NCBI GenBank assembly: GCA_907165135.1
Contig: OU015569.1
Coordinates: 9,858,001 to 9,922,000 of the forward strand
Direction: 5' to 3'
Length of the DNA: 64,000 nt
From: Oikopleura dioica
Lineage: Eukaryota > Animalia > Chordata
The notes under the pieces were generated by a model that worked only from the letters and a program-made list of their open reading frames with translations, had not been told where the DNA came from and did no database searches. This document shows positions 1 to 13,708 of this stretch, piece after piece. Made by a program: the position numbers and the translations under genes. Each line of letters begins with the position of its first letter. Positions within the stretch are counted from its first letter, which is position 1.

Positions 1-967
1 CTCAGGTAAAACGAAATAACTAGCAAAAGAAAGACTCTAAAGAAAAATGAAGGTCCCAAAAAAGTCCAGAAGAAGATCTGGTGGCAATAAATAGAATCTT
101 GCACAACCTTCATATCATTGGCAGTGAGGGCCATTCACCTGTCGATGACATCAAAAAGCATAAGTAAGCTTTCAAGTTGGTATTGTTATTCATTTCGAGT
201 AGGTTTACATCAGAGAAGTCGACGCAAGTGTGTCCCGCTCGGATGAGCGTCAGGAGAGGTTCTCAAAAGTCAAGTGCGAGTATCTCCGAGAGTAGCTCTT
301 TTCGAACCAAGAAAAAGTACACACTGTGATTTTCCGAGTAACTCCGTAATTAAACCGACAAAGGTGGCGCTCAAGAACTCGGCCAAGCTTGTAAAGAAGG
401 AAGCGATTAACCTCTCTCGGTCTGCTTCAACGAAAATATCGCGCGCTTCTACACCAGCGAGCTTCACGAGGTGATATTTATGTTTGAGGTCAACTACATC
501 ATAGCTTTACTAAATCAGAATCTCAAAACAAATGTAAATACTTGTACTTAGCTTGAATTTTCGCAGTTTTCTTTGTGGCCTAAGTGGGCAACCCCAAGAC
601 GTAGAGGTATGAAATAGAGGAGTTCTGCCAATGTAGAAAAAGAAAAATCACTGATTTGACTTGATTGGCAGAAAAGGTGGAACCCTAGTGATTACCATCA
701 AATGTAGAATCCCGGTGGCGTGGATTTGGAACACCAAAACTAGTAATACCCTCCTTTTTGTTCTTATTCTTGCAATTTTTCACCTAAATACCGGAAGTTA
801 ATCGAGACTAAGTTTTCGTATTAAGAAGTGCGACACCCTCCGGAAGCAATCCGAGTGAAGATAGCAAAAGCCGATCAAGCTTCCGTGGAGATTCAAAAAA
901 GCTGCTAAAAGGAGTCAAGAGCTTCACTAAGTCGGTGTACAAAGATGCCAAAACCAAATTTCAATGA
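1..967 (+). CDS. 3' part of a hypothetical Ser/Lys-rich protein entering from the left edge
   Basis: Protein-like segments (EEDLVAINRILHNLH..., ...SEDSKSRSSFRGDSKKLLKGVKSFTKSVYKDAKTKFQ*) separated by GT..AG-like short introns. Exon joins not fully resolved; no family recognised. Confidence 0.3.
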
Positions 968-1580
968 CATGTTCTCGGAGTTCCTCTATTTCTAATTACT
1001 GAAAACTTCTTCAATTTTTCATGAAGCTAATAAACTGGACCTAAATCTTCACCTGCTTTGTTTCTTGACGAGAAAAGCGTAAATAAGAACAAGTAAATCG
1101 GTAACGAATATATATTTTACTGCATTATAGTAATTAAGTTACATAGAAAACGTCAGACCAGAAGATAAACTTTTCCAGAAGGCCTGAAACTGAAAGTAAT
1201 ATTTACAGAAGTGGTAATCAATTACAATTACAGGCGGTTCAAATAGCGGGAGGCCGCACCGGCCCTTCATGGATACACCATTTTAGTAAAGTGATGTTTT
1301 TCAGAGCAGATGCACCGTCTTCGCAAAACGGAACTATAATGTAAGATGGAACTGGATGGAAAAAGTCGGTTCGATTATTATAGAAAGATAATAACAACCT
1401 TTAACAATATATAAATATGTATATAAATTATTTACTTCATAAGTTATATACTTGCACTTGAAGAAAAACTAACCGCGGCCAGTGAGGCGCAAAAACCTGG
1501 CAAAATGTTAAGTTGATGGCTTAGATAATTTAGGGTCGAGGACCTCAAGACGAGGAGAAATGAGATTATGAAATCGTACA

Positions 1581-4500
1581 TTAAACTTTTTCTTCGGAGG
1601 GTGGTGGTGGCGAATTGATTGTGTTCGGTGGTTTGGGATTACAATCGGAGACGATCTCGCGCCAGTTCATGTCCTCGCCCTGCGACACCGCGCTGATGAT
1701 GGAGACGCCACTCGCCGCGCTAGCATTTCGTGAGTGCACTTGGTACGCCTTCCGCGATGTTCCCTTGATCAGATCATCGACCAACTGCGCTTGTCCGTTG
1801 CACACGGGCGTGCTCTCAGACGTTCCATTTTCTACTATTGCTCCAGATGAATTCTCTAAGTCCAGTGTTTTATCGAGTTTGAGTTTATCAAGCTGGATTT
1901 CTTCGTCAACTTCCGCAGCTTGCACTTCTTGGGCACGCTCGTGGGAGTCCTCGATCTCTCGAGCTACAGTTCCTACGAGCTTCTGGTACTGTTCTCGTGC
2001 CTCTCTGACCAGCGTAGACAGGTGTGCGTACTGCTCCTCACATCCGGAAATGTCGAAGATGCCCACGATGCTCACGGGCACAAATTTCCCACACGCTCGG
2101 CCTAATGCACGTCGCCCAAGCGCAAAGATAACTTGTAATGAGTGGTCTTCGCACCATTGCAGAACCTGCGAGAGCATGTCGTCTAGTCCGCCTAAAGTTC
2201 ATGTCAATTTTCATGTCAAATTTTGTTGATTCATGGCACTAGTAATATTGCTCATTCGGAGCACAAACTTGAATAAATTGACCAAATTTTGATAATGGAT
2301 TTGTCATTATGATCAAATCGCGCGATGCGTGAACACCCTTGACACGTTTCGGACGCACCGTCCATAGAGGGAATGTCAAATGCTTACGCTCACAACAAAG
2401 GAAAGAAAGTTAGTAATCAGCCAGTTACCTTTTGATTGAATTTTCTCCAAATTGGGGGACACAATGACACACTTGATTTTGTTGAGTTTGAGGTGCTTGA
2501 AGACCTCGCGAATGCCAAGAACAAAACGCCGCTTTGATTTTGCCTTTGTAGGGTTCTTCTGAAGCTGCCGATTGTAGAAGCGACAGAGCTCGGAGAGCAA
2601 GTTCGCCGTCAGATTGTCAATTTTCTTGTCGATAACTTGATCACAGTACTCGCGGAATCGACGGCTGTGGATGCGGGATGCTTCAACGCAATCCTTGATC
2701 AGGGCCGTTTCGGGGCCTCCGATGCCGTCCAGAATTGGCGGTAGAGGTGGAACGTCGTCACTAAATTTACCAATCAAACATCAATCGATTGTTTCGTTTT
2801 GTATAACGATCGACTTTCGCATGAGTAAGTGTCTAAAATTATTTAATCGTGCCGAATTACTTTTCCAGCGATTATTCCTCAAACAGATAGACAAGACGTT
2901 TTCTCCTCAAAGTTAATTTTTACATGCTTGTTAAACGGTCACAGCTGGCCAAGCCGCCCTCTAGCTTCGAAGAAGCCAGACAACTGATTATATTAAATGG
3001 TGATATAAAAATGGAGTTTTCAAACTGACAAAGAAATTACGCTAATATTATAAATGTTCTAGCGTGTTCAGCCGCTTAGATTTTTGGTGCAGAAAATTTG
3101 AAGATGCCTTGACCTTTAAAACGTGTTTGCCGACTTTCACGTAATTTGAATAATGTGGCGAGGTTTCGAAAATTCCAGGTCAATTTGACACAAGTTTTAC
3201 GCGAGTTGGCTGGTTTACGGGCGGAGCTATTTAATCAATAAGGCCAAGTACACGAACAGTGAGTAATTATCGATTATAAAATCTCAGATATGCAAAGTTC
3301 TAACATGACACGCACCTTTGGTCGGTGGATTCAGTCCTTTCTCTGGCTTCCTTCTTCTCCTGGCGTTCCTTGAGAATCACTCTCTTCAACGCGGTCGGTT
3401 TCTTTTGCTTCGGATTTTCTTTGACTTTTCCTTTTTTCTTGAAGTTATTTTTCGCGTCCATTTTGGGTTGATTTGAGATGTTGGTTTGGCTGATGCGTTT
3501 GACTAGTCTCTCTTGCTCGGCGGCGATTTCGGCGTACTCAAGTTCAGCCTTGCGGAAGGCCCTCTCTGCCTTGCGAGCAGTCCTTCGCGAGTCGCGGACG
3601 AACGAGCCGTGGTCAGCTTCGGTTAGGGTCAATTTTTGGTAAAAAAATATTAGAGCTACGCCGCGAGACTTGCAAGGCTCGAATGACAGTGGCGGATCAG
3701 CGGCAATCCCTCTGCCGAAACCCCCGCTTTAAGTACGACTCAGTAGAGTCAGAATCGCGTCTTGCTAGCTGAGACGATTTTAAATAGAAATCGAAACCGT
3801 TATTGCGACGACAATGAAAAAGGGAAGCAGCTTTTAAGATTTCAGATGATTGCTTATGATCCGATTGACCCTTTCCTGTGTGCGAGACGATCGAGGCGGC
3901 GTGGAGGGGGATCGAAGTCGGCCTCTGGAGCGGCAGCTGACTCTGCCTGTGCTCGTGCTGCGTCTGAAGCGTTTCGGCAACAAGGGTCGGATCCGTGCGT
4001 TGAGCAACGTTGCCAACTCCACGGTTGGCCTGGTTGTTACTGGACGGCGTGCTCGGCGTTGCCTGCGCTTGGTTCACTCCTGCGCTCGCTGGTACCTGAG
4101 TGTAACTGGGCTGATCGGTTTGTGACACAACGGGTGGGGAGGACTCTACGCAACTAGGCTTTTGCTTCGGCGAACAGTAACCGGAGTCAGAATCGGGGTC
4201 CGGCTTGAGGAAGTTCAACCAGAGTCTATTTTTTCTAATTTGAGGATCGAGGCAAACACTCGCCCGGAGCATCATTTGAATAAATAGCTCTATTCACGAT
4301 TGAGCAATGCACAATGAGAGTCACTCTGTTTGTAGATTGAAAATTCTCAAAGGAAAGAAAATCAATGAGCGCTGATTTGAACTTTGCCTGATTGGTGGGG
4401 GTGATGAGGTCGGGGTTAGCGCTGGCTGGCTGCTCCTTCCCAGTGTTAAGGTCGCACTGGAGGGACTTGTCCTGTGTCTGGACGCGACGCGGCTTCCTGT

Positions 4501-5688
4501 ACTTTCGTGCTCTCTGAACCAAATTACTTATTCCTCAAAATTCTCTTGTTTTATTTCTTAGAGGAGCGAGCCCAATGAAACGCTCGCTTCGGACAACGGC
4601 GACCAATCAAACACTTGCAAGTCGAAGGAATGCGGCAATTATGAGAACAATTTCTATTTATCGTTGGGTAGGCACCAGTTTACTCAAAACAACTCAGAAC
4701 GTTAACTCTTGTCTAAAAAGTAAATTATGGACGGACGCACGTTTACCAAGGTTACTCCGAGGTCACAAAAGTCCTGAAAAGAAGCGCCTCGCAATCGGAG
4801 ATTTTAATTGCGCCGAGCAGTGTTATCATTCTATCGTGTTTCTGCTGGAGCGAGTCTAGGGGCGTCTACTTTTCGAAGGTGACTTCCTTCAGCTTGTCAT
4901 AAAATTCTGCACGTCCCCCGAGGGGTCGAAAATTCGCGCGAAAGACATCAGGGTTTACTTCAAAATCACCAAAACACAAATGGGAGAGAGTGCGTAGTAA
5001 ACTCAGGCCCAGATGCTCAGTGACTTTGCCAAAGCTCGTAAAATGCGAGTAAACTCACGGGCCGGGCCTATGCCCTTTACGAGTCCCGGTCCGAATTGTT
5101 GGACTTGGCGTAAATATTAAGATGATTTCTTTTCCAATATTTACAAATAAAAGTTGCCTCTGACGACTGGTGCATCCTCGTGGACAATTAAGTCTAATTC
5201 AGCCGGAAGTTTTCGACTGTGCTGCCCGTAGAAGGGTGCTACTTTTTCACTACGGAAAATAAAAACGGCCAGGCCATTGTTCTTTTCAGTGTTAGCTTTC
5301 TGTGCTCTCTCAGGGCCGTTGTCATAGCGTAGCCATTATTGGAAACCGGCGCCTTGATGTCAAATTGACGGGCAAAAAGATTACGTTACTGCTCTCTACG
5401 GATGATTACCTGATTGTTGTAGGCGCCTAGGTTAGGCCCCGCGTGCGTGTGCTGCAGGGGGTTGAAGTAAACGTGCGGGTGATAGACTTGCTCTTGCACG
5501 AACGGGTAACAACTGGTGACATACTGCGGATAGTGATGATGGGGAGCGTGCGGTGCCGCAGCACTCGCCTGCTGTGCCTGATCTGGCACGGGAGTGCTAC
5601 TTGCACCACCGTTGGGAGCAGCTTCTTGGCCCCCCGTTGTGGGTTGTGGTTGCGGCCCTCCTCCTGACAACTGGTAAGGCGAGTACAT
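1581..5688 (-). CDS. SECISBP2L: SECIS-binding protein 2 family, SECISBP2L-type (multi-exon)
   Basis: L7Ae domain (HSRRFREYCDQ...RRFVLGIREVFKHLKLNKIKCVIVSPNLEKIQSKG; FALGRRALGR..VPVSIVGIF), SID motif KKPTALKRVILKER, and SBP2L-type motifs YVTSCYPFVQE, DSDSGYCSPK and HSRNASAAS...NWRE. Start codon uncertain. Confidence 0.92.
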
Positions 5689-6710
5689 CAACTCGAGAGT
5701 CGCTGAGAAAGTCGCGAATTCATAAGCCACCACAGGCGTGTTTTTCTCTTCTTCCTTCTTCGCGGGTTTCCTCTTTTTGTTGTGTTTTCTCTCTTGTTTC
5801 TGGCGTTCGCTAGCGCGCGCTGGCCCGAGTGAAAGACCTAGCTTGGCTTGTGTGTTTGCCCGGGCGCATTCAACTCGCTCCTGAGCTAGGATCGGCTATC
5901 TGTTTTTACGGCGGCCAGTGGTGCGCAAGGTATTTGCCCTCCGCCGCGTAATTTATCTCTTATAAATGTGATTCTTCTTTCTCTCTCCCTCTGCTTGCTG
6001 AGAAGGGCTAGGGTTTATTCTGAGTGCGCGGCAATGGTGGAGGTGAGGTGGCGGCGGCGTTGGTGGTTAGTGGCGCTGGCGAAGGAAGATAGGAGGGATC
6101 GAATTCGGTGGCGGTGTCGCTGCCGAGAGTAGCAGAAGGGGGAGGCTAATCGTGCGCAGAAAGACGACTCAGATTGGCGGGACACACAACTCGCCACACA
6201 CAACGCAGCAGCAGCACGAGTAGAGAGACACACAAACACACCACAACACAAAATGGCGCTAGTAGGGTGTCCACGCGGCACCATTGTCATGGAGATATCA
6301 ATGAGTCATCACCAAGTGTAAGGAGCACCAAACACCAGGCCAAGTTAAGCACCTGGGGCCCGGGCAGCGCAATCCCCGGCGAATAATGCGCGGACTTGTA
6401 GACGGCCCTCGGGAAAGTCGACGCTCCGAAGGAAAAGAAGAGTTTTAAGTGTCGACCGGTACTGTCAACAGCAGCACCTCCATCGAAATTGATACTTCCT
6501 CAGCCGAGCCTACTAGATTACGACTAGATTATCTGGCTCTTGCCAGCAGAGGCACAACACTGATACCGGTACGGGCTTAACTAGGCGAACTCGAAAAGCT
6601 CACCAAGCGCAACTGCCTCCACCGCCGCTGAAAATTGCGATCTGTAAGCACTACGCAGCTGCTCTCGCGGATCTAATTTGTGTGGAAGGCTAATCCCCCC
6701 GTTACTTGTG

Positions 6711-7200
6711 TCACAAACTTTCCTGAGCTACTTTGCTTCCATTCTTTCGCCTGCGTCTTCGGCGGCTTCGTTTTTTTGAAAACAGTGAGACCACGTTAGC
6801 TGGAAGTTCTTCCAGATGGAACCATGCCGAGACCGCCATTAGCTCGGGAATGATCCCGTCAGGGTACAGATAGCGATTTATCTGATCTTCCACGGAAACG
6901 GGAACTTCAGGACTTGGCGTTGGCTGCGGCGAGATTGACTTTATAAAATTAAGCTGGTGCTCTTTTATCACTCGAAACATTTCGGACTCGTCCGACTTCG
7001 AGGATTTCAGCGAGAGATTCTTCTTCTTTTTGGTTAACAAGCTCGCTCGAGAAACAAGGGGAAATTACTGGAGCACTCGTTTATTGAAGCGAAGCTCGTT
7101 ATCCTTCCTTGTGACCTTTTCGCTTTACCTGCAAGCTATCCGGCCTTTTGTTTTTGATTGCATTTACATACTCGAGCGCCCAGTCGACACTCTTCGAATC
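6711..7200 (-). CDS. hypothetical protein, partial model
   Basis: ORF 6711-7040 is protein-like (Pro-rich linker, basic RRRRRRK tail). An upstream exon-like segment DSKSVDWALEYVNAIKNKRPDSLQ ends in a CAG|GTAAAG donor. No family recognised. Confidence 0.3.
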
Positions 7201-7789
7201 TTCTGCTGATCCTTGCGTCCATTTTTGGTCAATTACCATTGTATGCATAATTCTCTAGTTCTTTCTAGCCGGTCTCCGCGAATCTCGAGACAATTGCTAG
7301 AAAGAGATTTCGAGCAACTCCACGTGGTTCCAAGTCTTTATCGCGAACTGAACAAGAATGCATGGAAGACACCTGCAAGTATCATATTTCTCATTCATTA
7401 AAAGATCAAGCTTCATTGTTTAGAAACTGCCCAAAGAGATGAAATCAATCAACAAAAGCGATTTTAATATCGCAAAATCATGCGAGATTATTTGATGAAA
7501 TCTTATTTTGCAGAAGATCTTCTAATATTCAAATCATCGGAGTAAGCACGCAAGTCATCGTCAAAAGACAATCGGAAGGAGTGTTAAATTTTAAATGAGC
7601 GTTACTTTTGAATTCGTTACACTTTCCCTCATATAAAAGAGAGCTTAAGAAAAAGTGTTCATGAGCGATATAATTCAGTTGGGAAGATCAGTTCGATGGG
7701 AGGATCTAGGAACTCGGGTAACATGTCTATTTTTATCATTCGAACAAAGAAGCGTTATAATTTTTAATTATCCATTGGAAAGATAAACT

Positions 7790-8780
7790 CACAACACTCG
7801 ACACAAGAAGGCATTCACTCTATCATGGGGTTTGTGGTCTTGGCCTATCAATCACGGGAGGAAACCTTTTAACCCTAAAGAGATACTCAATCGGAAGTCT
7901 CACGCTTACCTGTGGCTTGATTCTTATTCTGCTCGCTTTCTTTAATTTCAACTTTGCTGGCATACGCGTCGTCCTTATCAGGTTCAATGCGTAAAACTCA
8001 TGTATCTTACTCATTTAATCTTTTAGTACTTTCATTGTGGTCATCTGTGCCCTTGTTAACTTTGTTGTAATCGCAACAAGACATAGTTTTAAAGGCAGAT
8101 AAAGTAATATCGAAAATTGATGAGTCTGAAACTGAGCGAAGATTTCACAACTTTGAATACGAAGAAGATAAATACAACGGGACACCATCTGAGAGTCGGG
8201 AGATTTGGAATCTCATCGTTTCGGGTATCAAATATTCCCCTTGTGTTTCAGAAAAACAACTCAATTATAGGCGTACTTTTGCTGACCGAGATTATTCTAT
8301 CCTTGGCGACTTACGCAACAATAATTGACTTCGGTGATGACGTGCAGAGAGAGGAGTTAGTAGGTTGGGGTGGATATGTTTAGTTATTATAAGGAAATAT
8401 CTTCTAATCGGCCATATGATCCACCACTAAATTTGTTGTAACGCCAAGTATCAGGCTGGTTCAGAAGAACATTACTGTCGACAAAATACATCGGTCTTGA
8501 ACCATAAAAGACAAACAGAGCAGGGATTTACGAAGGTGACAGGAATTATAGGAGAAAAAAGACACTTGCCAAAAGCAACTTCTCATAACGTAGGACAACT
8601 GCTGATTGAAAAGACTATTTACTTATTCACTTAGTACACGATCATTCCCCAGTCTGCTCTTGGATACATCACTGATAACTACGATCTGATAGAACAAATA
8701 GAGCTCGAGCAAGCTCAGCAGATGGAGCTCGATGACGAAATTATTATGTGCATGGCACAGGAAGCCGACCCGGATGACTG
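7790..8780 (+). CDS. hypothetical multi-pass (probably 4-TM) membrane protein
   Basis: Hand-spliced hydrophobic segments GVCGLGLSITGGNLL, IGSLTLTCGLILILLAFFNF, VVLISTFIVVICALVNFVVIA and SIIGVLLLTEIILSLATYATII. Last exon YTIIPQSALGYITDNYDLIEQ...QEADPDD* follows a 45-nt GT-AG intron; AATAAA ~25 nt after the stop. Confidence 0.4.
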
Positions 8781-8882
8781 AACTTTAGTTCACGCCCTCC
8801 AAGCAATAAAGTTTCGTTGAAATGAGTTATTTGTTTTAATGAAGATGAAGAAATTTTGAAGAAAAATAGACTTGATTTGAAC

Positions 8883-11800
8883 TCAAGAAGTGGTCCAGAT
8901 TTTGATGGCGTGCATGTTCTCGCTGATTCGAGCAGTAACAGATGAAATCGCCTGGTCAGTGACCATTTGGAAGTGTTTGAATGCATCTGTGTCATTCAGG
9001 TCAAGGCGCATCCTTTCGCGCAGCTTTTGAAGAGTCTTGTCCGGCTCGATCGCAATGTCCGGAATCCCAGCATCAAGCATCAGGGCTGAAATTGTTAACA
9101 TTAAAACATGCAAGATAATAACGTTTAACTTTAATTGTTATTCTATCGGAGTGGGAACTGAACTTCGTGTCAAATGGTGATTAGTGAATCTTGAGTCTGA
9201 GAGACCCAGAAAAGTGCTGAAAATTAATAATAAGATCCGGTAAGCGACTCAGCTGACTGTCATGAGATTACTGGTGTATCTGATTATGCTAGCGCAATTG
9301 CTGTTTATTTTTTTTCGAAAGGGCTCACGTTAGGTGTTTCAAAACGCTCTTTGGCGCTAGGCTGGTTCAATTACCGAATAGTGAAAGGATGAACTGCGAG
9401 TGTCGGCGAAGGTTGATGTAAGCCTCGTAGGAATAGTTTCTGAAGTCTTTCCATCCTTCTTCTCCCATGGCTTCCACCATTTCTCTGCTAAGCTATAAAT
9501 ACTATAAAGATAAAGAAAACATACGACTAAAAATACCTTCATATGTGGCTGCATTGGCTTTGGATCACGGCCGAGTATAAAACCGAAGTCAACATGAAAC
9601 AGCTTGCCGTCCCTCGTAATGAGTAGATTGTCGTTGTGGCGATCCCCTACACCGAGAATGTATGTAACGACACAGTAGCCAGCACAGGATCGAACATAAT
9701 TGTCCATGATAACACTTCGTGGACCGCGACATTCTTGTAGGTATTTGCCAATAGAGCCTTCTTTTCGTAAGATGTCTCCAATGCCTTTTGAGTCCGGGAC
9801 GAATTCCATCAGACCGGCATCAATCGAGGTCGCAAGGGTACAATACGGAGTGAGCTTTAGGTCGAGTTTTTCTTCTAGAAGCAGTCGGTTCATAAGCGTG
9901 ATCATCTGGAGGATTAATTGATCTTGACGCAAATCATCTCCAACTTTAATGATTGCACCAACTTCTCCGCCTCCTGCAATAAAATGAGCATTTGTGGAAA
10001 ACAAATCGATTTATACCTTCTAATTTAAAGAAAACTAGAGCTGGCATCATTGCAGACTTGAAAAGATAAGTCTTATCGATGTTAATGCCAACGATTTTCT
10101 TGCGCGGATCAAGCGGATACATCGTCGGCTTAAAATTCGAAAAGGTACCGTACTCTTCACGAGGCGTTTCGTCTTCTAGACGGCTTTTGAATTGCTCTAA
10201 ACGCTCAGGCCTTGAAGAGTATTTTTCACACGCTCTGAGGAATGAAAGTAAAGATGTGGAAAACAACAACAAAAACTTACCTTAGTTCATTAATCAGATC
10301 GGTAATTAATTTTTCCTGGCGAAGTAACTCTGCTCGTTGTTTTTCCCTTCTCGATTTGTAGAAGCTCGAATTAAAGTGTTCGAGGAAACGATTGTAATCA
10401 TAAGAGTGAAGGCTTCGAAAGTCTTCATTTGCCTCGTTCTGCGCTTCGACATTGATGAACCAATACAAGTAGCTCCCGATAGACTGGTCTAGCTGGGCGA
10501 CTTCTAGGAGGAATTGCTCGAGTCCTCCTTGTACCTGATTGTGAGAGATGGAAAGGCTTCCGCTGTCATCGATCATCGATTCTTGCAGAAGTTGTGCTCG
10601 ACTGACGCCATCTCCAGCTTGGCTTTCGTACTTTAAAGCTTGTACTAATTGAAGCAGATAGAGTTCTAGATCTTCTCCTTGAGCTGCACGTAGCCTTGAA
10701 ACGGCGTACTTGCGAACTTCGATTTGTTTTCCGGCAAGAGAGTTTCCAAGAAGACCGAGAGCGGCTTCTGGTTTGATAGGGGCCCAATTATCTAAGGCAC
10801 AGAGGGCTGTTGACTTTTCGTCCGGATCCAACCAACGAATTGAAGTCAAAAAAGGAATAAGGGCATTTGGATAGCTTGATAGGAAATTGCGAAATTTAAA
10901 AACCATCGTTCCGTTTTCAATGTCGTTTTCTGTAAGACCTTCTTGGATGATTTTCATTAGTCTGTCTCTCTCGACAGGCGACGGTTTTTTCGTCTCTGTC
11001 ATCGATCTGCCAATGGATCTCACGACTTTTAGATGCGCCTCTTCAACGATGTTTTCCCTTGCGATGAAATCAGGAACTCTGTAGAGCTTGTGGTCCGTCG
11101 TAACAGTCACATCTTGATCCGCGTTATTCTCCATATAAACACAAGCATAATCTAGTACTCTCTTTTCGGGATGGTATCCTGCTGGTGTACTTCGATTTTG
11201 ACCCTCGCGGAAGGCCAAGGATTCCGTCTCAATAACCAAGTTCATGAAATCACCGACATTCGACTCTTTGTGAGAAAGCTGAGACATCTCCTTTGTTGTC
11301 CAGTTGTTTAGCCATTCAATTTTCGAGTTTTCCTTGAAATTCATATTGTCTTTGAGGGGCTTCAGTCTATGCATCTGATGGTTCTTATCTAAAATTCATT
11401 TATTGAAAGAGAAATGTTCACCAAGTTTAGTTTACCTATTTGGCCTTTGGAAGACGTAGAGCTATTGTGATATCTTGGATCTGGCTCCATCATGGGCCAG
11501 ACCCAAAGGTCTCTAGTTCCTTGAAGGAACTCTCCGATTTCGGAGAAAACTTCACAAACAGACGATCCAAGGCAAACATCAGTACCAAATTCCAGAAGGC
11601 GAAGAGCAAGCACAGAATCTCTCGGTAGCTCGCAAAATTGCACGGGAAGGGTGAGCCATTGATCCCATTTTACTTTTTGGGAAGCGGAACTGTTTGGATT
11701 TTTTCTGGGAACTAAGGAAATATGAAAAAGAAGGAATCTCAACCACAACTTATGAATCAATAAGTTATCATCCACAAGAAATCACCTGGTATAGGATGAG

Positions 11801-12055
11801 ATTGTGCAGGAAGCGAGTAAGGCCGGCCTGATGCATACAACTCGACAGAAATATATACATATCGGTCAGTGACAAAGGAGTGAATTTCGTTATTCAAAAC
11901 ATCTTCTATGGGTTTTTCGGGTATGTGTCCTTCGAGCGAGCCTAAAAGATTGTCAAAAGGAAGCCATCGAAATTGAACTTACCAATTCTGATGTTGAGCC
12001 TTTGCCTGAGATCCGAGCTGTAAACATAATGAAAGTGATCTCTTCTATCTTTCAT
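8883..12055 (-). CDS. PIK3C3: class III phosphatidylinositol 3-kinase Vps34
   Basis: N-terminus [17 protein letters not shown]2 domain ([15 protein letters not shown]), helical domain ([21 protein letters not shown]), kinase motifs [34 protein letters not shown], and C-terminus [16 protein letters not shown]. Confidence 0.97.
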
Positions 12056-12181
12056 TTGATCAATAACATTCTAAGGCGTTTAAGTCAAATATTTATTAAT
12101 AAGGCTATATTAAAATGCACTCGAAAATGATGAACAGATAAAGAAAGAAGTGGTACACAGAAAATATGAAATACGGCAGAG

Positions 12182-12837
12182 TTATACAGAAGATGTTTTG
12201 ACGGGAGGCTCTAACGTTTTCGAAGAGTTTTCATCTTTACAGCATGATTCTTAAGATGTGAATAAGTCTATTCAATTTAGTGAATTTACCTGATAAAGGT
12301 TGAAGTAACGACAAGAATGTTAGTCCGAGGGCAGATAGATGTTGGACCGTTAGAAAAGCAGCAAATATAGCTTCGATTTGATAGAGTCTTTTGATTTCAT
12401 CCGCATGGTGATTTCTCCAGATGTTCATATCAATAAAGCCAAAGTCCAATATAGTAAGGACACCGATAAGGGCGAGGTTGAGTAAATTTGAAGCCAGAGC
12501 CGACCATAACCACGGACGATTGGGGTTGAAACCGAGTCGACAAGAGAACGCGATAGAGAGGAGAGAGAATACTGTTAGAAAAACACCTTGACCAATGGGA
12601 ATATATCCGTCAACGCAGGGAAGCTCGGCCAGCTTAATATTTGTTCAGGAAACTCTCCGAAAGAAGGACACTTACGAGGAAATCGAACGGCTTATAACGA
12701 CACTTTGGATGATGAAATTTCTTGAGCGCAATTATAGCTACTGTCCACACACCAGAAAGTAATAGCGCGTAGACTATGCTATAAACTAAAGCTAACCAGC
12801 CTGCGAATATCCACCCATAAGTCCGAGGTATTTGCAT
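12182..12837 (-). CDS. hypothetical multi-pass membrane protein
   Basis: Three or four hydrophobic segments across short GT-AG introns; ends DENSSKTLEPPVKTSSV*. Confidence 0.5.
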
Positions 12838-12947
12838 GTCAAATTTAACATCTGAAATGAAAACGTTTCTTTGGAGGTCACTATGTTGTATTTTATATGT
12901 CGGACTTTTTTGAACAGAATAAAAATAAATTAAACGTCTCGTTGAAC

Positions 12948-13534
12948 TCAGAGGAGGTGGTACTCTCGAAGTCGGCCAATGCAGGACTCCCAGATGAATC
13001 GGTAGACAGCCACGGAGGCGTGGTCCACGACAAGCTTAACAATTTTAGTAAATTAAATCATTCTTTTTCAAATTACAACAAAATAGATACTTACACCGGG
13101 CTGGTAGAACCACATCTTGATACTGAGGTACCACTGTGGGATTTTGGGGTAGGAAAGGCGACCGATTCTGAATCGATGCATGGCACCTTCGTAATTGACC
13201 ATCTCGATGTCGGGATCTCTGGTTCGCGATGCTAAACGAAAATAGAGTGACCTTGAATAATAATCAAATGGCCATACCGAGAGGGCTTCGAGCAATACCA
13301 CCTTCCATAATGGCGTGATTTCGATGGGCGATTTCACCAAGTGTAACAAACGCGTAGCCCGCAAAGAGCGCATATGCTGGCCATCCGCTAGGCTTGAATC
13401 GAGTAAGTTTTCATTACCCTCCGCAAAAGACTTACCAAAAAGCCAAAAGATTTGCCAGGCTTGTAAGGATGAGCAACAGGCTGCGTCCTCCATTCGGTCC
13501 TAGCCGATCTTGCGAGCACTCTAGTGAATCGCAT
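12948..13534 (-). CDS. small single-TM, probably mitochondrial protein; weak resemblance to NDUFA13/GRIM-19
   Basis: TTTAG|A-ATG start, Arg-rich presequence-like MRFTRVLARSART, spliced TM PSGWPAYALFAGYAFVTLG, then IARSPLASRTRDPDIEMVNYEGAM...PKIPQWYL. The NDUFA13 similarity is loose. Confidence 0.4.
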
Positions 13535-13708
13535 TCTAAAGGGGAAAAGTGACGATTGGAGTAAAGTACGATTCAACAAAATATTAAAGAGTCTAATTGT
13601 ATCAGTAATTGAACATCAAATTCGCAATCTTAAATTTGTCAGATTCGAGCGGTATCTTTCACAATGAATGGAAGTGTGATGATCGCGATTTGCAGTGAGA
13701 GTAAACGC

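Noticed and set aside
1615-2229. 204-aa plus-strand ORF, and similar ones (18085-18561, 28824-29075, 33749-34165, 53258-53662)
   Set aside because: Antisense shadows of well-supported coding exons.
4855-4905. SECIS-like stem (ATGA..AA..GA) in the SBP2L intron
   Set aside because: Helix II has several mismatches, the GA quartet is out of register, it is intronic, and there is no in-frame UGA gene to serve.
6015-6386. ORFs and a good-context ATG in the CA-rich, GC-rich stretch upstream of SBP2L
   Set aside because: Low-complexity translation with no downstream exons found; more likely promoter or UTR.
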